Assembly: GCA_001662655.1 (NCBI GenBank)
Contig: KV460268.1
From: Pseudogymnoascus verrucosus
Taxonomy: Eukaryota
Length of the DNA stretch: 64,000 nt
Direction: 5' to 3' (one strand)
Below are positions 23,118 through 35,349 of the stretch, piece after piece (position 1 is the stretch's first letter; each line of letters starts with the position of its first letter). A model generated the notes under the pieces. The model did not search any database. It was not told the origin of the DNA and saw only the letters and a program-made list of their open reading frames with translations. The translations under genes and the position numbers were made by a program.

Positions 23118-24543
23118 TCACGACCCGCTGGCGAGACATGAATCGAGTAGCGAATTGAGGTCAGCGCGATCGTCGGATCCAGCACCTTCCCAGCCCCAGC
23201 CGTTCAGTGCATCCTCCGCGTCGGCGTCCGCCATCTCGACATCTGCATCTGGGGCGGCTGCGCCAACCGCCCCCACCTTCTGGTCTCCCACTCCCTTCCC
23301 ACTCTGCCATCCCTCCACCTCTCCCTCCTGGAACCCATACCTGATCATTTCCATAACAACTGGCATCTGGCCCACACCACAATCCCCCATCTCCAACGCA
23401 ACCCTCAAATCCGCCATGCCCAATGCGCCTCTCTCGCTGGCGGCCTTCGCCTCCACCGGTAAGAGCCCACTCTTATCCCTCACCACCTCACCCCTCGCCC
23501 AGCGTTCCTCTTCACGTTCCAACGCCCTCTTATAGCGCCTTGTGCTCACCCAACCACCACCACCACTGCTGGGCCCATCAGCCCGCGTGCGCCCAAATAC
23601 CGAGGACAAGAACTGCTTAACAAATGTCTCGGCCGCGACAGCCATGAATGGGCTTGCGTCCGCGGCGTGGCCGCCCACCAGCCCAGCTTCGAAACAGAGA
23701 GGGAGCATCCGGGCCTCGATGGTGGAGGCGTCGGGAAACTCACCGGATTCGGCGGCGAGGGGAGGGGCGAAGCGTTTGCGGATCTCCAGAGACCAATTTG
23801 TTTTGCTAAGGGAGGTTGAGGGGGTTGTAGGGGCAGAGGGGGTCGGTAGTGGGTGTCGCGATTTGGATAGGAGGGTCGTATAGGGGTCGGGGCCGTCCGA
23901 CTGTGTGTTGTTAGAATTGTGATAGAGAGTAGGGGGGTTTTGAGGGGAATTTTTGGGAGAGGCGCATACTTCAAGTTTCAAATCCTTTAACCTCCTCCTG
24001 TCACGATTCGGGAGACTCATAACCTCAGCCTTCAGCCGCTGCTCGGCTGCGTCCCCAGTGATAGGCTTTGCGCCTGCGCCTGGCGTGGGTTTATCGTTTG
24101 CGCTGACCCAGGCTGCGACACCAAGGTCTGGCATTTCACGTGTGACGTTTCCATAGATGGCCGCTACAAGCTGGTTGTGTAGGTGCTCGGTGTCGGTGCC
24201 GGGGACTGTGAGGAACCAGTCAATCTTCGCTGAGAGCTCGGCTTGGTTATATTGCCCTGGGATTCATGTTAGTTCTTGTCTGGTTGTAATTATGCCGGGA
24301 ACATATGGGCGACTTACCCATCACAAAGAGGCTGACAGCCTCTTTGTATGTGGCCCAATTCTCGCCCACGGCCGCTTTGAGCGCCGTATACAGCGGCTCC
24401 AGATCGATGCGCGGCGGCACATGGTTTGACTTTGAGATTTTTGGCGCGGAAGGAGGTACAATGCTTAAGCTCTTTGGAGGAAGAATTGGGGTAGTGGAGG
24501 TGAGCGATGGCCTGCTCAGGGCCGCTGGATCGATATCGGGCAT
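23118..24543 (-). CDS. ADA1: SAGA complex subunit Ada1/Hfi1
   Basis: [13 protein letters not shown]...[12 protein letters not shown]...EHLHNQL, and ESGEFPD...[14 protein letters not shown]...[11 protein letters not shown] histone-fold region; introns at about 24256-24317 and 23901-23969. Confidence 0.88.
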
Positions 24544-25005
24544 GGCTGCGTGGTGAGGCGCCTGGGGGGCGCGCCCGGCGCGTGAAGCGCGTGTGTGGCC
24601 TGGAGCTGGGGAATTTGTGCGGTTATGGGCGCATTAGATTGGGCAAGGCTGGGGCTATCCAGCGAGGGTATTTAGAAGAGTTAATGGGTTGTTGTGTGGT
24701 CGTGGGTGATGGGATTGTTTCTTGCGATGTTGGTCCTGGGGGTGAGGCTCTGGGTGGAGGTCGTCTGATGTAAACCTGCGATGTCAGGCGCCAATGCGCC
24801 GTTCGCGTTGTCCGTCGCGTCTAACCGCGCTTGGTGCGGGACCATCTGAAGTGACAGGACTAAACAGACAGCACAACAGAGAGCATTCCTGAAAGTTCTC
24901 AGAACAACATTCAAAGAATTTACTTATTGTGAATATCAATTTGTCACTCCATAGATTCCGAGCGAAGTACGGCCTAATATTTTTGTTGACTGGGGAAATG
25001 CGAGG

Positions 25006-27782
25006 ATGGCCCAGGAGGAGCGGGAAGCTCGCGTCCGCAGTGCGCTCTCTGGCCTAGTTCAGCAATTCATTCGGCGCCTACCTGGAGAAGACGACGACAC
25101 ATTTGATGAGAGGCAAGAGAATGCATATGAGCTTGGTTCCAGCATCCTCGAAAGCCGTACCGCGCCTGCCGTGGTCGCAGATTGTGAGCCGCTTGCGTCG
25201 CTGCATACCTGAACTCAACTAATGTGCTTCCAGTAAATCATGCGGGGGATCTCATAAAAAAGAAGCTGATTAAGAATAATCCTCCGGACAAGGCGCTGAA
25301 GTTTTCGAATTTATACTCCCGACTACTCATCCAGCCTGTACTGAATCAGAAATGGGCGATCCTATACCTGCTTTACCAGCTGGCGGACTCCGACGAGCCA
25401 GAGCCGCCACTATCAGACCAATCGAGACAGTTAAGCAGCGCGTTAAGAGAAGATCGAAGGCTGCTTGAGGGCGTGCGCGCTGGATCATCGTTACGCAATG
25501 GGCCGCGGAGAGAAGAGAAGGTGTACGATGAGGCCTTTGCGCCTCAAGGACTACGCAATCTCCCCGTACGAGATGGGAACCAGCGAGGCCCAAGGGAAGC
25601 AGAAGCGGCCGCCACAAAAAATATACCAGATCAGGGCAAATCACAACCCCCAAAGACCTTGATGCTGGCGGAGAACTATGTCGAGATCAGTCCGTCGGAG
25701 ACAACTCTGTTACGAGACCTCCCGTTCACACTACAAGGGCTCACGTCAACGACTCTGGCTTTCCCGTCGACGTCAGTTCTCAAATTACCTAATTCCCTCC
25801 CGCCGCCTATAATATCTATACTACACACCCTTGCAGAACCGTCGCTGCTATACAGGGGCCTGACAGAATTCGTCGCGTCCACTGAGGGTGGGCTCCTCGG
25901 CCAAAGTCTCCGCGCAGCAGTCGCGGGAGAATTAAGGTCTTATCTGGGGCTAGTGGCGACGTTAGAGGGGCAAATAAGACGAGCTTTGTCGTCTCTAGAC
26001 GAAAATGAGCCTAGAGGTGGAATCGGTAAAGCCGGAGTCACGTTAAAGAGATGCGTGGTCTGGACGCGTGAAGCCACCATGGGACTACGCCTTCTCAGTC
26101 TCATCGCAGAGGAGTCAAAGAACCGACGAGGTGGGCAACTGATATCGCTCATTCACGGATTTTCTTCTTCTCACGGAGACCCTTTGGTTGGGGCGTTTGC
26201 TGAGAGACTCCTGACGCATGTGACGCGTCCTTTCTACGATATGTTGCGGCAATGGATTTACGACGGTGAATTATCGGACCCGTACCATGAATTCTTTGTC
26301 TCCGAGCAGGATCCAAATGCTGTTAACACTGCAGAGGATGGGCGAAGCCGAGGCGGGGCAAGCAGTGTCTGGGAAGATAAATATAAGCTCGACGATGACA
26401 TGATACCGAGCATCATAACGGAAGACTTTGCGCAAAAAGTGTTCCTGATTGGGAAATCGCTCAACTTCATCCGACATGGCTGTGGCGACTCTTTATGGGT
26501 CGAGGAATACTCAAAAGCCGCTTCGAAAGAGCTTCGATACGGCGACACGGAGACGCTGGAGACCTGGATTGACGAAGCTTATAAGACCACAATGGCTAGG
26601 CTGATTCACCTTATGGCAGACAAGTTCCAATTGTTCGAGCATCTCAAGGCACTGAAGAACTACATCCTTCTCGGCCAAGGCGACTTCATAGCCCTGCTGA
26701 TGGAGTCATTATCGGCCAATCTGGATAGACCTGCCGGCGCCCAATACCGTCATACTTTGACAGCACAGCTCGAGCACGCAATCAGGGGTTCCAATGCACA
26801 GTATGATTCGCCAGAGGTACTGAGGAGGCTTGACGCAAGAATGCTTCAGTTATCACATGGAGACATTGGCTGGGACTGTTTCACACTCGAGTACAAGATC
26901 GATGCCCCAGTCGACGTAGTCGTCACCGAATGGGGCAACCGCCAATACCTCAAAGTCTTCAACTTCCTCTGGCGCATCAAGCGCGTTGAATTCGTCCTCT
27001 CCACCACCTGGCGCAAATGCATGACCGGCGCCCGCGGCGTCCTCCAAGGCGTCGACGCCAGCGTCGGCGAAACCTGGAAATCCACCCGCGGCGTCGTCGC
27101 AGAAATGATCCACTTCATCGGCCAACTCCAGTACTACATCCTCTTCGAAGTGATTGAGTCCTCCTGGGACGAGCTCCAAACCGCTATCCACAAAGAAGGC
27201 TGCACACTCGACGACATAATCCGCTCGCACACCGATTACCTCAACGCGATCACGCACAAGGGCCTCCTCGGCGCCAAGAAGCGCGGACACTCCGACGACG
27301 CACCGAGTACGTTCATGATGCAACTCGGCGACCTGCTGCGCATCATGCTTGCCTACCGCGACGCCGTAGACGGGCTGTATAGCTGGAACGTCGCAGAATT
27401 CACTCGCCGCCAGGAAGCGTCCATACGCGTGAACTCACGCATGGACATGTCCGACGACGAGGTCCTTCCCACCCCCGCCACAACACGGCGGGGACCAAAA
27501 CACCTCGCCCACGACAGTCTGAGCAGCACACCTGTCCCCGGCGCGATCCCGGGACTCCGCAGTGCAGGCGGTGAGGATGAGTTGTTGCCTACGCTGCAGG
27601 AGCGGTTGAAGGCGCTGGGAGGGCAGTTTAGGGCGAAGCTAAGTGCGTTGTTGGGGGATCTGGCGTATCAGCCTGATGTGGATATGCGGTTCTTGGGGGT
27701 TGTGATGAATTTCAATGATTTCTACCAGCCTGTAAGGAGGAGGACGGGGACGAAGGTGCCGCCGAAGGAAAAGGCGAGGTGA
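25006..27782 (+). CDS. SPC98: Gamma-tubulin complex component GCP3 (Spc98/Alp6)
   Basis: GRIP-domain motifs LLRDLPFTLQG, WIYDGELSDPYHEFF, LKNYILLGQGDF and GWDCFTLEYKID; one intron at about 25183-25233. Confidence 0.93.
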
Positions 27783-28088
27783 ATGGAGTAGGGGTGGGGG
27801 TCGAAAAGGGTTCTTTGTAGATCAGGATGGTTTTACTGGGAGCAGGCGACTTGGACGAGGGTTTGGGATTCGGGATGGGAGGAGTTGTTGATAAAGAGGT
27901 GGGCGTTGGAGGTTACTGTAAGAAAATACGATACCCACGACACAAATCGGGCGTTAGATATTCTACTAGATGCAAAGAATATCAGAAACGATCAATGCAA
28001 AAACACGAACTAGCTTCCCAATGCTGCGCTTCATATACCCCTATTCACCCCACTCATTTACACCAAAGCCCCATTTTCACCTGCCTAT

Positions 28089-29963
28089 CTACGCCAACCC
28101 CTCAACCTTCCACAACTTCACCGCCGCATCCCCACCCACACTAGCAACCTTCCCCTCCCCCGCCCACACCACCCCATTCACACCATCCTTATGCGCATTC
28201 GCGGCCTTAACCCTCTTCCCCGGCTGCGCCAAACTCCAAACATGTACATTAGTATCCAACCCCCCACTAACAGCATGCGTCCCCGCCGCATTCCACGCAA
28301 TACTCTGGATGCGCGCCGTGTGCGCCGACCAGCGATCCGTAGCCACCTCCCACGACCCCGTATCGTAGACGACGATCTTACCCGACGAGTTACCCGCTGC
28401 GAGCAGCGCGCCGGAGGGCGAGAAGGAGAGCGCTGTTACTTTTGCGGTGGATTTTGAGAGAACGGTTGAGGGGGTCAGGGTGCCGGAGCTGGAGACGGTG
28501 AAGATGTGGACGCTATTCGCGTCGTCGCTTAGGGCGAGGAGATCCTTGGAGGCTGCGATGGCGGTGGGTGTGAAATCCTTGGTTGCGTGCTGGTGGACGA
28601 GCTTGTCCTTGGAGAAAACGTCGACGCCGGTCGTGGTGGCGATGTAGACGCGGCCGGAGGCGGAGGCGATGCCGTTTGGCTGGGCATCGAGCTTTGTGCT
28701 CTCGCCCACGAAAGTCTGGGTTGGCTCGTCCACGATGCGGAGGTTGTCGTCCCATCCGATGGTGTAAGTTCGGTCGGGTGTGTTCGTGAAGCCGGTTACC
28801 TGGTTGGTGTGTGTTTGGCCGCGGACTGCGAGACCTTTGCCGGAGGCGATATCCCATGTGCATACACGGCCTTCGAAGCTGCCCGTCCAAAGGGTCTTGT
28901 CGCTAACACCGATGGCTGTGACACTGCGGTTGTGACCTTGCACAACCTTGAGCGGCTTTTCGGAGCCTTCGGTGAGGTAACTGAGGTCACCGTTGAGGTT
29001 AATGCTGATGATTAACCCATCACTTCGTCCAGCGGGCCACACAACACCAACTTGGTGGTCTGGGATGCTAACGTTGCCCTCCCCACCAAAGCGCCATGTT
29101 TGCACGTTCTTGCCAGACTCGACATCCCAGACCTTGACGGTTTGATCTGCGCTGCACGTAACAAGCTTTTTTGAGTCCTTGGACCACGAGACGCCGAAGA
29201 TAGAACCCTTGTGCTCGCCCTCGCCTATCTGCTTGGTCGCCTCTCCTGTCTTGCCATCATAAAGTTGTATTCTCCTATCGGCGCCGACAGAGACCAGAGT
29301 GCTTCCATCCGGTGAGAATGCAACACCATAGACGTATCCCTTATGCAGCGCTCCGACCTTCGAATTGAATTTGAACGGTGCTCCATGCAAGAAGACCATG
29401 CTCATATCGTCACTCGCAGTAGCCGCTCGGAGAGGTCGTTGCTGCCTAATCGAAACGCTGTTAATGATTGACGAATGTCCGCTGATTTCCCCCACAGAGT
29501 TTCCGCTATCTGCCGTAACACAGTGACCGAAGCGCTCGCGTCCATCTCCAACTGCTATTATGCGCTGCGAGTCGCCGTCCCACGCAATATCGTTGATGCG
29601 CCCAGATATGATCGGGTATTCGCCCTTCGTGTTGACCGCCTCCACCGCATCCCATACACGCACCAACCCCGAGGCATCACCACTGGCGACGTAGTATCCG
29701 CTGGGTGAGAAGCGCGCAACGGTCGTCTGGGCGGTATGGCCGGTGTACTGCTTGCTGACCTCGGGGTTGTCGATGCTCCTGAGGAAGATTGATTTCCCAG
29801 ACTAGTATACGTCAGATACGGGCGATTGTAGGCATTATATGAGGGTGGTAGAACTAACAGCATAAGCTATGCGCTCGCCTTTTGGGCAGGAAGACAGCTG
29901 TGTGGGCTGGCCGCGGGTTGTAGCTGGCGAGGCAGCTAGTACGGACTCGAGAGTAATAGACAT
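28089..29963 (-). CDS. AIP1: Actin-interacting protein 1 (WD40 double propeller)
   Basis: ASPATTRGQPT, YTGH...ARFSPSG, DIAWDGDSQRI, DSGNSVGEISGHS, RPLRAAT and GAPFKF; intron at about 29803-29858. Confidence 0.93.
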
Positions 29964-30357
29964 GGCTGATTGTAGTCGCAACGCTGCAGATAATAGAATC
30001 CAAGAATGAGCGCAAAAAGTGAAAATGAAAATGGGGGTTTAGGCGCCAGAAAAGGGAGCTCTGAAACTGATACTGTTGATGTCGCGAGCTTACTTGTTGA
30101 TGATGACGAGGACCCCAGTGGGAGTGGTCAGTGGTGGGGCAGGTCAATTCGTACCCCTCTTCCCCTCTTTCCTGCAAAAGCGACCCTACATACAGATACA
30201 ACACAACACAGTCATACAACAAAGATTCCCAAGGAAAGAGCTCTCGACTATAAACCCTTCCAGAGCAAAAAAGAGCGAATAGCAAAAGATAAAACCCAAA
30301 ATATATCAAAATAGCAAAACACTATAAAGACAACCCAAACATGAAAAAAGATTTAGT

Positions 30358-30453
30358 TGCTCACAGTGAGGTTCGAACTCACGCATCTTTCGATAATGGT
30401 GTTTCAGAAGAATTTCTTAAAACCATCGCCTTAGACCACTCGGCCATATGAGC
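30358..30453 (-). tRNA. tRNA-Leu(UAA) with 14-nt intron
   Basis: GCTCATA acceptor stem, D-arm TGGCCGAGTGGTCTAAGGC, anticodon stem ATGGT/ACCAT with loop TT-TAA-G[intron AAATTCTTCTGAAA]C, variable arm ATC-GAAA-GAT, T-loop GTTCGAAC, and a downstream T6 Pol III terminator. Confidence 0.93.
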
Positions 30454-30773
30454 TGTGTGATAAGGAAGAGCTCGCTAAGCAGATCTAACACCCAACGAAG
30501 GAAGGAGCGATCGGGTTCCCGGTACGTATCTTCTTATACGACGGCATTTTGACCCCGCTGTTATTGTTGATAGAGCATCATTATCTCTCAGTCGTTCACT
30601 AACTTACCCCACCTTCATGAACATCTTGGCAGTATCAATATACAGAATATACACCTTCATTATACTCACAACTGGTAGGAGTCGTATACACTTCCCCGAG
30701 CCCATATTCAAGTTTCTATACTCACAAATCTACAGCATAAACTCCACCTGCCAACCCCTACCCCACCATTATC

Positions 30774-31828
30774 ATGTCCTCCTCCGCTCCAAGCCTCACG
30801 CCCGCCCAAATCGAAGCCTTCAACCGCGATGGCTACCTCATCATCCCCAACGCCCTCGACTCCCAAACCGTAGCCTCTCTCCTCACCGAGACGCACAGTC
30901 TCCTCGAGAACTTCTCCATCGAGGACCACCCCATGACCCGTTTCTCGACGGGAGAGGGCGAAGGCGTGGAGCACGTGGGCGACGACTATTTCCTAGAGAG
31001 CGGGGATAAGATCCGTTTCTTCTTCGAAGAGGGTGAGTTTTGATTCTCCCAGTCCTTCCGCATTACCCAACCACACATTCCCCCATGTGCCACCCCGTCT
31101 CTTGTCACTCCCCCACGGCTCCCTCCTTTCCGGTGAGCAAAAAGAGGGGCTTGTCATCTAACCTCCCAGACGCATTCGACACCTCCGGAAAACTCCAATA
31201 CCCCAAACACCGCGCGATCAACAAAATCGGGCACTCCCTCCACACCCTCTCTCCCCCCTTCGCCTCGCTCCTCACACCCACCACTTCCCCCGCCCCCTCC
31301 ACCATCGCGCGCTCCCTCGGCCTCTCGTCCCCGCAAGTCCTGCAATCAATGGTGATCTGCAAGCAGCCCGAGATCGGTGCCGCGGTCCCCCCTCACCAAG
31401 ACAGCACGTTCTTATACACCTCTCCCCCCTCCGCACTGGGTTTCTGGTACGCTCTCGAAGACGCGACGAAGGAGAATGGGTGTCTCTCCTTCCTACCCGG
31501 GAGCCACAAGTGGGCAGCTATTGGGAAGAGGTTTGTGCGAAAAGCGGACGGGAGTGGGACGGAGTTTGTGACCAATGATGGCCCCCAGTTCCCCGCGGGG
31601 CAGGGAGGGGGTGAGGCGGGAAAGGAGGAGGAGGGGGGGGAGTATGTTATGGGCGAAGTGAAGGCAGGGTCGCTGGTGCTGATTCATGGGAATCTATTGC
31701 ATAAGAGTGAGAGGAATACGAGTGGGAAGGGGAGGATTATATATACATTCCATGCGATTGAGGGGGATGCGGCGTATGATGAGAGGAATTGGTTGCAGCC
31801 TCCTGCTGGGGGGTTTACGAAGATTTAA
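30774..31828 (+). CDS. Phytanoyl-CoA dioxygenase family (PhyH / PHYHD1-like) Fe/2-OG enzyme
   Basis: FNRDGYL, DYFLESGDKIRFFFEE|DAFD, INKIGH, QSMVICKQPEIG, HQD iron motif, and distal His in LLHKS; intron 31033-31169. Confidence 0.92.
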
Positions 31829-32146
31829 AAAGGGGGGGGGCATATGGATGGCGTGGTGGTGTACATAGAAGAGAGATTATGAAGCACAATTTTAAACGGA
31901 GTGATCAGTGTACAGACGAATCGTTATGTTGAATTTCAGAGCCCTACTCTATCTTGGTATCGGACAACAAATAATCATTACACATGCAACACCCACCCTC
32001 CACTCCCTCCCTCCATCCCCACTCCACGTTATCAACTACAAAAAAAACGAAAAAAGAACCGCTCAAGATCGTTATGTATATGCAATACACAAAATACACA
32101 ATATAAACACACACAACCCACCCCCATCATCGAACTCGTCGCCAAC

Positions 32147-35100
32147 TTATACTCCCCTAAACATCCTCACAACCAGGAACCACATCGCGCCCAAGAATCT
32201 GAACGCCGACAGCCCCGCCACCGACCACAGCACAACAGCCATATACGTATTCGCCTTCGAGTTATCCGCCGTCGCACCATCAAGCGTCAAATTACTCTCA
32301 CCCCCTGTACTCAACACCACCGCCACAAGCGCAATATTACAACCCATCCAGATCAGCACAACACTCGAACGGAACCCCTTATAATAATCCTCCTGCTTCT
32401 CGCTCGCGGAAAACACGCGCTTCTCCGGCGGTGCCTTGGAGGCAAACACGTTCACCTCGCTGAGGTACTGCTGGTTGAGATCGGCGTCGTCGGTGGGGAT
32501 AGTCACGTCGACCTTACCGTCCGCCTTGACCTTTGCGGAGGGCAGTTTCTCGGCTTTGTCGTCACCTTTGGTTCCCCAGGTGATGTCGTGGGTGTTGCAG
32601 AAGGCGTAGACGTTGAGGATGTTGATGTAGGTTGGGGTGAGGGCGAGGTATTGGAGGAAGGAGGTGAACATGTGCCAGGGGTCGAAGAAGAGGAAGGACA
32701 CGACGAACCAGAGGATGTAGGTCGAGACGAGGGAGACGATTAGGGTGAAGAAGATTTGGTTCTTGAAGAGCTCGCTGACGGAGAAGGTGGTGTTGAGGTC
32801 GAGCTCGTGTTGGATCGATTTTACGGTGATGAAGACGGAGGCGAACATGAGGTATCTGTTAAGGGGGTTAGTTGGTGCGTGGATGGGAGAGTGGGGAGGT
32901 ACTTACGCCATGATGAAGACCCAGAAAATAACCATAGTCATGTAGAAGACACCCGAACCCTGAGGCCTATTACCCAAAGCCAGCACGAAACAGGATAGTA
33001 GAGTAGCGGCGTAGAGCCATTGGAAGACGTCGGCGAGAATCCTGCCAACATTTCCCAGCAGATTTTGGGAACCAAGAGATGTAGTCAAGATGCGGAAAAC
33101 CAAGTAGAAATTTCCAATGGCGAACCAAGCGAAGATCATGTTGATAGTCTGGTAGAAGAACTCGATCAAGAATGCGATCTGCCTGAAGAAGCTGTGGTCG
33201 CTTCTGAACAGCTGGTAGAAATGCGTGATGGCGTAGATGGCCGCGAAGAAGGAACCGTTAAGCCATCTACGTCTTTGCAGAATCAACTCGGCCATGGTGT
33301 CTGGGACATCGGTCTCGCCGGTAGCAGACTTGACGTATTGTAGAACCCAATGGCACTTCCTCTTCGAGACCAGCTCGAAACACAGAATACGATCCTCGGC
33401 AAGGTACATATTGGCCGTGAAAATACCGGCGTTGGCACCGTGCATCTTCTCTCCAGCGAAGTACTTCTCGAGTGGTCCTTGGCCGAGCTTATCGTTTTGC
33501 AGCGCAACATATCTGTATGCCGAGAAGGCACCGGGGAGCACGGAAATGAAACCAAACGCTGATTCCAAAGGCTTATCCAGAATATTACTCATCTTGTACT
33601 CGAAGTTTTGAGTCGCAACCAGTGGGTTCATGAGGTTCTTGCCTCCAGGTCCCAACATAGCCTTAATCTCACCACAAGCTCCAGCGCAATTTGGCTCAAG
33701 ATCGAAGGCCTTCCACAGCTGGTAAATGGAGTCTTTACCAGGTCTGGTACCCGCATCGATAAGAACACAAATGTTGGGGTCCAAAACTCTTCCGAATGCC
33801 TGGAAGAACCATCTGTGGGAGTTGATCTTCTTCTGATTCTTCTCCTTCAGACAGAAAAGGATCTGGACTGGCTGTTGCTTGTGTCTCAGCGTCACAACAT
33901 CTCCCTTGACTGAGATACCGGTCTGAGTGGTATACTCGTAAATATGCGCCGTGACATCCTTTCCGTTGACTTGCTGCTTGGCGATTCCGTCCTGGTAGAC
34001 TCCCATTCCAGAGAGCACGGCCTTCGTTCTCGGGTTGATTTTCGAACGACCATCGCTAACAATGCAGACGACAATCTTCTTCCACGCATCAGGACCCCAT
34101 GTCTTGCTATCCTTGCGCGAGCACATATATTCGATGTTCTTGAACACACCGCTCATGGTTCGTCCGAAAAGCACATCATCTTCGTTGTACATGGTGACCA
34201 CAATGAAGAGTTCCGTGTGTCTAGGCTTTGCGAAGAGCTTCTGGCGCAGAGTGAATCTGTCCTCGAAGAATTCTGCCGGGTCACAGGTCGCTGCGGTATA
34301 ACGCATATGGGTGAACTCATCACGCTCAGGTGGTGGCGCATGGGGCACCTTGTTCAGGAGAATCGGTGGAATTGGGCAATCGAGGACGAGATTTCCCTCG
34401 AAGAGCTGTACTTCCTTCACGGTCTTCCATCGCTTGATCGGCTGTGGTGGGGGTTGTGGAGTGTGGTTACCATCGTATCCAGGAGCGGCATGAGGGTCTT
34501 GCCCGTAGGCTTCACTCCCTCCTCCTCCTCCGAGGATCGGTCTGTTGTCATCCTGATCGTTGAAGTAGCCGTCGTCATGGGGGTAGTCGGCGAGAGCGTG
34601 GCCATCATGTGGGGAAGGCTCGTAAGGCTGTTGATAGTATGCATCATGGTGATCTTCTGGGTTGAGCGCATAGTCGTGCTGATAATTCCTGTCCTCTAAG
34701 GGATGACGCTGGTCGTAATGCTCGTTGTGTCCGAATGAGTTGTCAATGTTTTCAACGGAGTACTGCGACAGAGTGTTATTAAGACCGTTCTCCCAAGCCT
34801 TGTTCTCAAAAAACTTACTGTTGGCTGCGACGCAAGTCTGTCACTTGGTGTCCGTCTTCCACCAGGTCCAGGACCCATTGGGATATCTAGTCTCCCCGGT
34901 CCTGGTGACTGCTGTCTTCCACCGTATGGATCATCGTCGAGGTGATACCCTTGGTTGCCTTGGTTGGGACCCGGCGAGTTCATGCGGTTATTTCGAGGAT
35001 CCATTTCGTAATTGTCGTTGCGGCCCTGGCCTTGCGGACCTATTACTCGAAGTATTAGAGATTATGTCTTCCACTATCTGTCAAAGTCGAGCAATTTGTG

Positions 35101-35349
35101 AAATTCCAATTGATCGCAAGAGTAAGCACAAGCTGAAGTTGTCGCAAGAAGGAACTGTCTGTCACAAGAGACTCGGCCGAGCGCGTCTCAAGTCCAAGTC
35201 AAGTCGGCTTTGTTTGCCTTATCCTCGTACAACTTCAAGCAGCGCACAAGATCTCGGTCAAAGGGCTTCGTAAAATTCGTGTATGGGGAATGAAAAGAAG
35301 GGATGAAGCTTCAGGAAATATGAGACGTACCTAAACGATTATACGCCAT
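32147..35349 (-). CDS. Chitin synthase, class I (division 1)
   Basis: [27 protein letters not shown] and QRRRW motifs, with C-terminus [11 protein letters not shown] 19-nt first exon (MAYNRL) is spliced over intron 35040-35330; further introns lie at about 34764-34818 and 32856-32906. Confidence 0.95.

Noticed and set aside
30006..30314. 102-aa ORF between AIP1 and the tRNA
   Set aside because: It lies in the promoter/terminator spacer, is A-rich and has no motif.
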